DNA of 64,000 nt from Lama glama (lineage: Eukaryota), in assembly GCA_028534125.1 (NCBI GenBank), contig CM052816.1:19036001-19100000 (forward strand). Reading direction: 5' to 3'. Positions 24,094 to 36,100 of this stretch are shown in pieces. Position 1 is the first letter of the stretch; every line of letters starts with the position of its first letter. The notes under the pieces are model-generated. The model worked only from the letters and a program-made list of their open reading frames with translations. It was not told the DNA's origin and made no database searches. The translations under genes and the position numbers were made by a program.

Positions 24094-24309
24094 CAGTTGA
24101 ACCTTGAACATGGTTTAAACAGCATGGGTCCACTTATACATGGATTTTTTTTCACTAACTTTATACTACAGCACTACAGAACTCTTGGTTGGTTGAATCC
24201 AAGGATATGTAACTGTGGATATGGAAGGCTGACTGTAAAGTTATACATGGATTTTTGACTGTGGGCAGAGTCGGGCTTCTAGCCCCCTGAGTTGTTCAAA
24301 GGTCAACTG
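24094..24309. mobile_element. MER8/Tigger2-like non-autonomous TcMar element
   Basis: Terminal inverted repeats cagttgaaccttgaaca ... tgttcaaaggtcaactg, preceded by TA. Confidence 0.8.
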
Positions 24310-24576
24310 TTCGTTCTTTTCAAGTACACATGAACATTTGCCAAAAATGAACATATGTTGAGCCATAAAGCAAATTTCTAAGAACTGAAATCATACAGAA
24401 GATATTCTCTAACCACAGTAGAATTAAGCTGAAAATTAGTAACAATAAACTTACTGGAAAATATTCAAGTGTTTGAAAATTAAGGCATATATTTCTAAAT
24501 AAATCGTGGGTTGAGAATATCACAATGGAGAGGAGAAACTACCTGAATAATAATGAAAATATAACTTACTAAAACT

Positions 24577-24940
24577 TGTGAACTGAATGTTTGTGTCTCC
24601 CTAAGATTCATAATAGAAGCCGTAATCCCTAGTGTGATGGTATTGGGGGCAGGGCCTTTGGGAGGTAATTAGGTGTAGATGAGGTGACATGAATGGAGTT
24701 CCCATGATGAGATTAGTGCCCTTGTAAGAAGAGGCAGAGACAAGCGCCCTCTCTGTCTTCACCACGTGAGGATACAGCAGGAAGGTGGCTGTGTGCAGAC
24801 CAGGAAAAGGACCCTCACCTGTCAGACATCAAATCTGTTTGCACATGGATCTTGGTCTTCCCAGCTTCCAGAACTAAGACAAGTAAGTTTGTTGTTTAAG
24901 CCATTCAGGCTATGGATTTTGTTATGGAATGACTAAGATA
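24577..24940 (+). mobile_element. MLT1A/B-like MaLR solo LTR nested in L1
   Basis: actgaatgtttgtgtctccctaagattcat...gggcctttgggaggtaattagg...gactaagata; the L1 resumes as ttgtgggata. Confidence 0.8.
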
Positions 24941-27929
24941 TTGTGGGATATAGTAAATCTGGACCTAGGAGGAAATTTATAACCTGGAATTCATATAAGA
25001 GAAAAGAGGAAAGAACATCTATCTCCAGGAAGTTAGACTATGAACAGCATGTTCAGCCCAAAGAGTTCCACTTCCAGATGCATGAAGCAGTGTGTGGCAA
25101 GGCAATGCTCCCGTTTAAAAAAATACCCTGGAAACAAAGACAACATATAAAAATCATATATTCAAAAGCATCAGAGAACTACAGAGGCTATGGAGATGAA
25201 AGGATATTAGATTTCATTGAGAGGAGAACTTTTCACCAAATGACTGCAGAATACACAGTCTTTTCAAGACACATTTATGTGGTCAATTCATTTTCAGTAA
25301 AGAAGCCAAGTCAAACTAATGGGGAAAGAGAAATCTTTTCATCAAAAGGTGCCAGAACAACTGAATGTCCATATGAGATCAAATGAAACTTGACCTTTCC
25401 CCCTCACACTATATACAAGATTAACTTGCCATGGATCATACACCTAAGTGTAAAATCTATAAAGATATTATGGAAAATATCTTCATGATCTGAAGCTAAG
25501 CAAAGGTTTCTCATATAGCACTGGAGGGATGTAACTATAAAAGAAGTCATTGATTAAGTGGAATTGATCAAAAGTAAAAACATCTGTTCATCAAAAGACA
25601 CTATTAAGAAAATAAATAGGCAAGTCACAAACTGGAAGGAAATATTTGCAAGATACATAACTGAGGGAGAACTTGTATTCAGAATACATAAAAACTCCTA
25701 CAACTCAGTCATTTAAAGGACAAACAACCCCACAAAAATAAGCAGAAGATTTGACAGGCATTTCACAAAGGAAGGTATGTGAAATGGCCGATAAGTTTGT
25801 GAAAGAGGGCCAACATTACAAGGCATCAGGAAAGTGACAAGGTTGTAGAGCAACCCAGACTCTCATATTACTGGTAGGAACATAAAAGGGTACAACCATT
25901 TTAGAAAAACTTTGGCAATTTCTTAGCAAGTTAAATATGTACTTACGCTTTGACCTAGCAATTCCAATCCCCAATCCTAGTTTTTTATCCAAGATACATA
26001 AAAATATACATCCATAAACCAACTTATACAAGAATGCTCCACACACCTTTATTCACAATAACAAAAAAATTGGGGAAAAAACCCTCAAACCCAAATACTC
26101 ATCAACGGGAGAATGCATAAACAAATCATGATATATTTATACAATGTAGTACTATTCAACAATAAAAACAAACTATTAATGCACAAAGCAACGTGGACTG
26201 ATGTCCCCAAAAAACAACTAAAGACAAAAGAAACATACTGTATACCATTTTTATGAAGTTCTAAAACAGTCAAAACCAATCTGAGGTGAAAAACATTAAA
26301 ACAATGCTTGCCTCTAGGGGTGGGGATTAACTGGGAAGGGACTCAAGGGAACTTTCTAAGATGATGAAAATACTCTATCATGATAAAGGAGGCAATTAAG
26401 TGAAGTATGCATTTGTCAAAACTGCACAGCTAAAATGTGTGCACTTCCTTATGTGTATATTTTATCTTAAAAGAAAAGAACTGTTAATAGTCATCAAGTT
26501 GGGAGTTTTGAGGCAAATAGAAGATGCAAGAATGGAAGAATTTAATAATTGTGGTAGTCAGGTGATGAATATACGGGAGTTAATTATACTCTCCTCCTTT
26601 GTTAATGTGTGAGTTTTTCCCTAATAGAATTTATTAATGAAGGTGAAATAAAGAATTTTTAAGATTTCTTTAAAGAAGAAAAAACTAAGAATTAGTTGCC
26701 AGCAAGTCTTTATTAAAAGAAACATTAATGGTAGGTTTTTCAGGAAATAAAAATGATCCACATGGAAACAGATTTGCAGGAGAGACAGAAGAGCAACAGA
26801 AAGAATATGTGGATGAACATAAACTCATGTAACTTTAGAGAATAATCCTAGTAATGTTGTGGGGTTTAAAATAGATGTAGAAGATTCATGAGAACAGTGA
26901 AAAGTCAAGAGAGTTAAAATATTCTAAGTTAAAATATTCTGAGGTCTTGAAATTATTGGGATGCTAGAAAAAATAATTTCTTGGTAAAATGTCAAGGAAA
27001 CATCTTGTAATATCTGTGGTGATTTATTACAATAGTAATAGGAACTGAAAATGATATCCATTGATGATTTTTACCAAAACTAATCTTTTCTGTGATGGTT
27101 ACAAAATGCTAATTTTCCAACTACAGCATTCACTCTACATTTACCAGTTGCCGTTCACCATTTTGCTAAAGGGAGAGAACGTCTCCCCCAGGCTTTACAA
27201 ATATATAAATATTATATGTAGAAGTATAATTAAATATATATTTATGTATACTATATATATAGATGTATATTAAACATGTTTATATATTATAAGTATGTAT
27301 TATGTAAGTATATATTATCTTTTTATGATCAGTGCAGACCCATGAATCTCTCAAATTGTCCCAGATGTGGCCCATGGGAGTCTCTTAAACTGGCTCCTTG
27401 TTCTTGTGCCATGGCCCCATCATTTTGTGAGTATGTGCCTGTGCGTGTGTATTTCCCCACTTTCTGGTATGACAAGATATCCCAGGGTCATCTTGTGTAC
27501 TTCCTGCCCCAGCCCTAGAATTAGCCATTTCTCCAAGAAGCCCTGGCTCCTTTTAGTAGGAAAGCATATTAAAAATCAAGATCTGGGTATTAGATGTGCT
27601 TATTACTACAAGGCTGTCTTTTCTTCTTGACCTTTTCAGCAGACAGAGCTAGGAAATATATGCATATATAATACACATGTATATCACACACAAATATATA
27701 TGTGTATGTGCACACATACAGGTATATATACATATTTATATATACCTATTTTATAAATGAGTTCACAGCAATAATTCCAGTCCCAGTTCATCCCCATAGG
27801 GCTCTTTCTTGCCTTCCTCCATTCCATATTTCCATGTTCCTTTTTTCCCATGATGAGAACGCTGGCTCCCAGTAATATTAATACATTTACTTTTTTGCTA
27901 AAACTTATCATAGGTCCAAAAATTTTTAA

Positions 27930-27965
27930 AATATTATAAATTTTATTTTTTGTCCAACTATTTTT

Positions 27966-28012
<47 letters not shown>

Positions 28013-28140
28013 TATTTCGGGGGAGGGATGGAGGTCATTAAGTTTATTTTATTTATTCATTTAATGGAGGTACTGGGGATTGAACCCAGGACCTTGTGCA
28101 TGCCAAGCACACACTCTACCGCTGAGCTGTACCCTCCCCT
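27930..28140 (-). mobile_element. Camelid tRNA-derived SINE (Vic-1-like) with (TAAA)n tail
   Basis: Reverse complement reads ggggagggtacagctcagcggtagag...gtcctgggttcaatccccagtacctcca, with Pol III A and B boxes. (TTTA)n tract at about 27965-28013. ggtccaaaa occurs at 27913 and 28141. Confidence 0.85.
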
Positions 28141-28149
28141 GGTCCAAAA

Positions 28150-29790
28150 TTGTTTTAGAATTAATTTTTCCATAGCACTGGAAAAAAAAAACCCAAATTC
28201 TATAAAAATGGTTCAGGATTTGTTTGTAACTCTTCCCTGACTCCCTTTCTCACCACAGACTGAAAGTATCAAATACTGTATTCATAAATAAAGTGGACTG
28301 CTTCTTTGCCCCTACCCCCCACCCCCCACCCCACTACACCCAGCAGGATTATGGTATTCATTTGAAATACAGTTGGATTCATTGGTTTTAGTTTGATTTC
28401 AGTTTTAGGAATTTTCTCCCTGTTCATTCTTACAGATGCAGTTTTACTTTTTGAATATGTCGAACATCAACATGTTTCCAAAAGCCAAAAGTGTGCAAAA
28501 AAATATACTCAGAGAAATGTCACTGTCTCCCTTGCTTTCTGCCCCTCACCCCTATAGGTAACTATGTTTATTGTTTTCTGGTTTTTCCCTCCTGTGTTTA
28601 TTTTTGTAGAGATACATGTATGTTATTTTATTTTCCCTTTTATCCAAAATGTAGCATACTACTGATGCTCATCCTTTTGCACTTTGCTTTTTTTCACTTA
28701 ACAATATCTCCTGGAAATCACTCCATAATAAGTTCATAGATATGTTCATCCTTTATTTTTATAGTGTGGAGTATACACATTGGTGTGTATGTATCAGAGT
28801 TTATTCAACCCATCTCCCTATTTAAGTATTTGCCAATATTCTGCAATTACAGATAATGAAGCAATGAATAATCTTGTGGGTATGTATTTTCATATCATGT
28901 GGTGCATTTTCACGGTAAATTCTAAAAGCAGAATTGCTTGGTTAAGGGTAAATGTAGAGAGAGGTTTATTAAATATTGTAAAATTCCCCTCCATAGGTTT
29001 ATAGTAGTCTCTATTCCTACCAGCAGTTCATGAAAGCCTGTTTCCTACAGCTGTTCGAACAGAGTGTTGTTTCAAGCTTTTGGACTTTTGCCAGTCTGAT
29101 GAGAAATGATACCTAGGTGTAGTTTTATTTATACTTTTCTTATGAGTGAAGTTGAACATCTTTTCATATTTTAAGCCCCTTTTTAATATCTTTTTGTTAA
29201 TTGTTTGTATCATTTGTGCATTTTTTCAATAGGATTTTAAATCTCCCCTCCCTCAATTTTCAGAAGGTATATTTATATGATTGCTATGGACTGAATTTTC
29301 TCCCTCAAATTCATATTGAAGCTCTAACCAATGTGATTATATTTGGAGATAGGGCCTTTAGGAGGTACTTAAGATTAAATGAAGTCATAAGGATGGGGCT
29401 CTAATCCAATAGGATTAATGTCCTCATAAGAAGAGATACCAGAGAATGATCTCTTTTCTCTCTCTCTCTTTTGTTCCCTATACACATGCACAGAGGGAAG
29501 GTCATGTGAGGACAGGTGGCTGTGTGCTCTAGAACAGAGCTTTCACCAGCACTGAACTGTACCAGAACTGTGATCTTGGTCTTTCCAGCCTCCAAAACTG
29601 TGAGAAAATTCTATTATTTAAGCCACTCAGCCTATGATATTTTGTTATGGCAGCCTGAGCAGGTTAAGACAAGGATAGTAACTTTTAACTACATTATGTT
29701 TTGGCAATATTTTCTTCCAGTTTGTCATTTGTCATTTTACTTTCTTACGGTGGTTTTCTTTTTCCATGCAAAAGTTTTGTTTTGTTTTTA
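28150..29790 (-). mobile_element. Old L1M fragments with a nested MLT1-type LTR (about 29282-29671)
   Basis: Antisense L1 motifs (tgagtgaagttgaacatcttttcatattt); LTR tgctatggactgaatttt...ggttaagaca. Confidence 0.7.
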
Positions 29791-29819
29791 ATATAGCCAA
29801 GAGAGGAGTATTATAATAA

Positions 29820-30691
29820 TCTTCCCAGATAATTGTGGATCTTACTCTCTGATTCTACATCAAAACTTGACAAGTGGTAATTTCTTAAAGTGGTAATTTC
29901 TTAAAAACCTAGTTATGCAGGGAAATATACACAAAATGTTATGATAAATCACAGAGAAAAAAATGTGACAATGAGTGTGTATATGTCCATGAATGACTGA
30001 AAAATTGTGCTGAACACTGGAATTTGACACAACACTGTAAAATGATTATGAATCAATAAAAATGTTTAAAAAAAACCTAGTTATGTAGGTTATTGAAACA
30101 TATCACTGGGCTTTTCATACTCTGTGCCATTAAATGCATTGGTTTTTCTTACACTTTGAATGGATTTTTTTAATCCTATACGTGATGTTGCAACATCATA
30201 CGTTAGTCGTGGAAAATATTAGTTCACTAAGTTATACTATCATAAGTTGGTAAGGTCTCTAAAATTTTTCCAAATGTTGACAGATTTTATTATACAACAT
30301 CAAAAAATTATATTAGCTGATACCATCACCAATATCATCAGAAAAGTTTTTAAGTATTGGGAAGCTGTCAGCTGTCAAGCTCATGATAGCAGACACAAGC
30401 TTTCAAATATTTTAGAATCTCCCTCACTAAAGACATTTTAAGTTCCTAAGTGAAACTGTGTGTGTGTATTTGTGTGTGCATTGAATTCCATGACTGCTAG
30501 CATTTTGGGGCAGCTGCCTTGATTTATGCTAAGACACAGTTTTACCCACCAGTGCTCTTGCAATAACAGTGCAAATGTCAACACAATGAAAAAGGTAAAT
30601 AAGGCCTTAGTATTATTATGAAAGTAGTTTTGACCCACGACTCCATTAAAGGGTGTCAGGGATGTCGCAGTAGTCCCTTTGAGCACCACTG
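29820..30691 (-). mobile_element. Charlie1-type hAT transposon fragment
   Basis: Ends ...tttgagcaccactg; 30530-30635 is the reverse complement of 31660-31750. Confidence 0.75.
29918..30070 (+). mobile_element. Short young L1 3' end with perfect 15-bp target-site duplication, inside Charlie1
   Basis: TSD aaaaacctagttatg at 29903-29917 and 30071-30085; TT/AAAA endonuclease site. Body resembles the 3'UTR of the 12236-12907 L1. Confidence 0.9.
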
Positions 30692-31598
30692 CTCTTCGGG
30701 TAGCCTAAATTCTTCAAACTATGTTTCAATCCAGCTCTAACTTCAGGGGGAATATATTTAAATCTAGAGATGCCTCTACACCTGGAGAGAGGTAATACAA
30801 CCCCTTCCTCCTTCCTACATACACTCTAGGATGGTTGTCCTTGGTGCCTTTGTTGTTCCCAATTAAGGGTAAATAGTCACCTGTACTTCTCTTAGAGAAG
30901 GGTATTAACTGCTTAACAAAGACAGGAGGGGTGGGGATCATTGACAACAAGGGGGTCAGATGCCTCCAATTGTAGATCAAAGCGATCAAAGAGAGGGAAC
31001 TTATCTGAAGTAATCAAGTAAAGAAGAAGGGCTTCAACTGGAAGGGATGATGGTGCATTTGTTCCCTGGAAAAGAGCACACTTGTTTGCTTGCGGGTGTC
31101 GAGCATGGCCGGGCAGAAGTTTATTTCCTTCCCAGGATCCCTCCGCTCCTTCACACACACATAACGTACTCACTCCTCTTGGCTCTTTGTGGGTTGATCA
31201 AAAGCTTAGGAACTAACTAGAGACCACTCCCTGCCCTTCCACAAACAAGTTCAGGCTAAACCAGGAAAATGGTGACACCCCACCGTTTGACCCTCAGATC
31301 ATCAAAGGTCAGGGCGGGGCCAAGAGGTGCTGGGGAAATGCAGGAATGCTCGGTCCTGCCCTACTGTGTCTCAGTGTCTCTGGAGGGTCACTTGGCTACC
31401 TGAGTTAAAGCTTTTAAACTGTGGACCTTTGATCCAGCAGTTCTACTTCTAAGAACTTAATGCTCAACAGTCAGATGTGCACAAAAATGTATTTCTAAGG
31501 ACAGGTCTTTATAACAGAGTGGGAAATGGAAAGAAAAACAACAACAACCAGTAACAACTGGTGAACTGAACAGCAGTACAGCCCCAGGATGTTTGGAA

Positions 31599-33496
31599 CA
31601 GTGGTTCCCAAAATAGGGTCTTCAGATCCCCTAAGGTCACTGAGACTCCTTCCGGGACTTTTCATGATAATGCTAAGACGTTATTTAGCTTTTTCATTGT
31701 GTTGGTCTTTGCACCAGTAATGCAAAAACAATCGTGGTAAAACTGCTGATGAGTTGGCACATTGCAACAACCACAACAAACTGTACTAATAATTATTTCA
31801 TCTTTCATTGCCAACAGTTTCACTTAAGAATGTCCTTGATGAGGCTGTAAAAATTATGAATTTTATTGATTCTCGACCCTTCAGAACACATTTTAAAATA
31901 TTCTATGTGACTACATAGGAAGTATGTATGAAGCACTTCTGCTGTATAACAAACTAGGGTGATTGCCTTGAGGAAAAGCATCTTTGTGGTTGAGTTGTGG
32001 GAAAAACAAGCTGCTTTTTTCACGAGACACTATTTTTACTTGAAGTAGCAACTGACAGCAGGACCACATTTTTCATCAGCCCCAGGCAGTTTTGCTTTTG
32101 TAGGTCCCTTCTATAAAAAGACACAAAAATTATATTTTACAACTGTATTGGTATAAAGACAAATATATTAACATTGTATATTAGAATGTTTTATTTGATC
32201 TACAAGAATTAATCCTTGTTTTCTTCTTCTGACTTTAGAAGAATCTGAAACATTTTCGTGAGCCCACAAAGTTGTGTGGGCCTCTGCTTTGCTCTTCAAG
32301 GAGAAGTTGGGCCTGATTGACAGGGAAACTGTGGTTGTTCAGACCAGGGTGCGTGCAAGGCTGAGTTCTCCATGAGGCACAGTTGTAATATATCATGGTA
32401 ATATATCTGTCTTTATACCAATGCAGTCTTGTCTTGTCTTTTCTTTTTAAATGGAGGAAGGGGACCAAGAAGGTAAAAATGCATAAGGCTCAGGAAAGTC
32501 ATAATGTAGCCTTGTGTAAATAGTAGACATTTTCCTGAAAATGATTAAAATGAACTTGTCACTTCAAGAAAAGTAACTGTGACACTATGTTGCCAATGAT
32601 AAATTTGAACATTCAAGCAAGAATTACAATATTGGGAAATTTGTATCTGTCACCATGAGCTTGAAGACTTCTCAATACTTACAAACCTTCTGCTGATACC
32701 AGTGGTCATATTAAGGAATATGATTTTTTGATATTGTGCAATGAAAGGAGTTCACATTTAGAAGATTAGAAGGTTCGTATAACTCAGTGAACCACTATTT
32801 TCCAAATGTCAAATGAGTGATTTTACCAAATTGTGCTTGGCTAAAAAAGATCCATCAGAATAATGGATAATAAAAAAAATAAGATAAATAAATCCATTAA
32901 AAATAATGGATAATAAAAAAGATAGGTTAATGGATTTTTATGTTACCAAATTCAAAAGCTTATTGATTGGTTTGATTCTGCATTACAGTTAATCTTTAAG
33001 AAACTACTACTTTTTCGGTTTTGGTGTAGTATCAAATAAGAACATCCAAAGTTATCTGAAAAGGCTCTTAAGATTCTCTACTTTTTTCCCCAAATACATT
33101 ATCTGTATTTTTTTCATACAGGCTGGATTCTTTTTCATATACTTAAAACAATAGATAGCAACGACTGAATTACAGAAAACGTGAGAATCTAGCTGTTAAA
33201 CCACATATTAAAGAAATGTGCAAAATTGCAAGACAATGACACCCTTCTCACTAAATTTTGTTTGTTTGGAGAATAGTTATTTTTCATACAAATACATCAT
33301 TTATATTAACATGTAACTTGTTTATGCATTAACATTTTAAAAATGAATAAATTAATAAATATTTAAGATTTTTGTTTTAATTTCTAATAGAGCAAACATT
33401 GACAGATATAACCCACATAACAAGAGCTCTTTGTAGTCCTCAGTAATTTAAGAAGACAAAGGTATTTTGAATTCACATTGTTGGAGAACAGCTGTT
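31599..33496 (+). mobile_element. Charlie1-type hAT transposon with nested MER96B-like insertions
   Basis: Starts cagtggttcccaaa and ends ttggagaacagctg. Nested element 32059-32315 has an 8-bp TSD actgacag/attgacag; an oppositely oriented piece lies at about 32343-32515. Confidence 0.75.
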
Positions 33497-34449
33497 GTAG
33501 AATACCTGGTTAAATGTTCAAAAAGATCATTAAGTTTAAAAAGCAGGTGACAAGCCCTAAATGCCATAAGAACCTAAATATATTTAATATTAAGTAGATA
33601 TGGATACAAAGGCTGGAAGGGAGCAGTGGTTCTCTCCTAGTCTTGTACTTAGGGTGATTTCTATTTTTTGTGCATTTTTATTTTCCAAATTTTACATGAT
33701 GAGCATGCATTTACTTTGCAATTAGGAAAAAAAGCTGGTGGAACCCTCTGAGCCAGTTTGGGTGAGAGCACATGTGATCGAAGTGGAAGAACAGGGCACA
33801 CAAATTATAGGGGAAGAGGAAGGAGGGTAGAACCTTCTGGAGAGAGGTGGAGACAGGGCTTCATCTTCATCACCCAAATTGGTGCATTACACAAAGTATG
33901 ACCACACCACTTAACTGAATTAATGAATACATGAATGGTATGTATTGGACACTGCTTTGCAGACTTTTAAAGTACATTGTAAGCATCAGGGTGAAGGGAG
34001 GAGGTTACCACCTCTGCTATAGGGGCAGCCTGAAGGCTAGGAGGGGCCTTTAATGATTCTCATAACCTCCCACCACCACCTCCAGCAGCCAGGGAACAAC
34101 TACCAGGTGGGTACTGTTATCTAAATAGGTCGACAGCTGAGGTGGCTATCTTCTCCACACTCTGGCCAATGGAGGGGGAGAGGAGGAGAGGGAAGACCTC
34201 TGTTTAAGTACTTAGAAAGTCACTAACGCCTTCGGGTCAGAAACCAATTTAGGAATACATAGATGGGCTTTGCATCGCCGCCTCCTCTTTCTGCTTGTCT
34301 GCAGTTTGAAAAAAATGTGTGTGATGATAAGGAATTACTGTTTATGTTAGTAAGTCCCAACTTGGGCCCAAGAATGAACATCGTTGAATCCAAGTAGCTA
34401 ACGGCTTCCATGCAACAAAGTAGATCAGGCATATAGAGGTCACTGTGAA

Positions 34450-36100
34450 GAACCCCAGGGGAGCCGGATGTGCAGTAGTCGTTTCGCGGAGCAAACCAGG
34501 TTTGATGGGGGCTTGTTACTTAAAGACAGCGGGAGGTTCTGAGGTGCGTGGGAGGTTTGCGCCGATTGGAAGGGAAAAGTGCTTGCTCGTTAACAGCAGT
34601 CGTGCTTCCCTGCCTGCGTTTATGGGGTGGCTTCTAGGGATGCTCAGCGAAAGTCCCCCCACGGTAGGTGCTCAATGTGTGCCACTCAAGACGCACAGGA
34701 AGAGACACATGCTGGAGAAGTGCCTCTGCCGGGGTCCCGACCTTTTTCCAGGACTTATAGCTCAGGGCGAGTCTCCGACTCGGGCAGGACCCTGCGTGCG
34801 GTGTCTGGGCGGGGTGCCTGAAGCCAGGGCTTTGGTGCGGCCAGGGGACTGACCTACCGATGTCCAGCCCGCACAGCGTGGAGAGCCCCTGTACGCGCAG
34901 CCACGGGTTTGGGGTCAAGGCCGGGGCGCCCCCGTGGTGCGGGAGGGGCGGCCGGACGCGCGGAGACGGGATGGGATATGACGAGCGGCGCGCTGTGCAT
35001 TGTGGGAAGCCCCGGGCCGCGGCGACTGGTTCCAGTTCACTCGGCAGCGGAGCCGGGCGGAGGGGGCGAGCGCGGGGCGCGCGGGCGGGAAGCGAGGAGG
35101 CGGGCGGGCCAGCGAGGATCGCGGAGAGAAAAGGCGCGAGCGGCCGAGAGTGCACAGGCCGGACACCTTGCTGCCGCTGCCACCGCCGCCGCCGCCGAGC
35201 CGCCCCGTAAGTGCCGCGCGGGCCCCCTCGCCGCACGCCCGTTCCCAGCCGCCCGGGTCCGGCAGCCGCGCTCTTCCGGCCGCGGGTGCCTGGGAGCGGC
35301 CGGGTCTGGCTCCCGCAGGGCGGCGCTCGGCCGGGGTCGGGCTGCCGAGCTCGCCGCGGCCCACGCCGGGGCCTCGCGCGAGCAGGGCTCCTTTCCAGGC
35401 CCTGCCCCGGCCGCGCGGGATTCCCTTTGGTTTTGTTCAAAAAGCAAACCCGGAAGCCAACTTCTCTTAGAACCGCGTTCTCCTGCCTGCGCCTGGGTGC
35501 TTTTGTGGGCAGAAAACAGCCCTGGCGCCTCCCAGGCCGACTATTCTCGGGGCGGGCGGGCTGGATTCGAGGCCGGGGGAGGCGCGGCAGCGCTGGCCGG
35601 CCAGCCTGGGCCTGGGCGCCTGGGAGCTGTTGTGCGCGGAGTTGTACTTGGTAAGGTGCCCACCCGCCCACGAGTTGCCGGCCCCCCGCACAGTAAGTTG
35701 GGTCTGAGCCCCAAGTGGCCGTGGTGTAGGCGTCTTTTGGGAGGGTAGGGCCGGGGGTTGGGGGATACTCCCGGATTGGAACAGGACAGGGGCGGGGAGG
35801 GATTTGTCCAGGGAGGCTGGAAAGGGGCCATGGGAACCCCCTCTCCTCTGGCTTGTTTCTTGCTTGGCCTTTTGTTTGCTTTGTGGTTGGGAGGTGTTTT
35901 TTTTGTTTTGTTTTGTTTGTTTTTAAGGTAACTCCTGAAGGCTGTAGGCTCCTCAGGTGGAGAAGGCCAGGAGAGGAGAGACTCGCTGGGGGGTGGGGGG
36001 AGTGAGGAGGTGAACGCGCAGGATGTTGCCGGCTGAGTTACCTGACAACAGGTGTGCGAGATGGCCTGCCCCGCCTCCACTCGTGCAGGGGCCACGGATC
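34450..36100 (+). promoter_or_regulatory. MACROH2A1: CpG island promoter of MACROH2A1 (core about 34770-35790)
   Basis: Very high GC and CpG content. ZNF143-type site (reverse TTCCCACAATGCA) 34996-35008, ETS cores 35273-35279 and 35450-35456, inverted CCAAT 34565-34569, GC boxes. Confidence 0.92.
35025..35206 (+). other. MACROH2A1: Non-coding exon 1 (5'UTR); start approximate
   Basis: actggttccagttcactcggcagcgg...gccgagccgcccc resembles the recalled human H2AFY mRNA 5' end; donor GTAAGT at 35207-35212; no ATG in the exon. Confidence 0.82.

Larger units (their letters stand above)
22825..27050 (+). mobile_element. Composite of old L1M fragments (degenerate ORF2 and 3' ends) with nested insertions
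   Basis: A-rich + strand; L1 ORF2-like motifs such as aagaactgaaatcatacagaagatattctctaaccacagtagaattaagctgaaaatt and catctgttcatcaaaagacactattaag. Confidence 0.75.

Noticed and set aside
24943..25386. 147-aa ORF
   Set aside because: Patchwork of decayed L1 sequence with no intact endonuclease or reverse transcriptase.
28065..28140. tRNA-like sequence as a real tRNA gene
   Set aside because: It has a SINE tail and flank duplication, and imperfect stems.
32858..32920. Direct repeat aataatggataataaaaaa occurring twice
   Set aside because: Local slippage duplication inside a transposon; two copies only, not an array.
34445..36095. Long ORFs of 345, 279 and 184 aa
   Set aside because: Arg/Gly/Pro/Ala-rich products of stop-codon scarcity in a CpG island.
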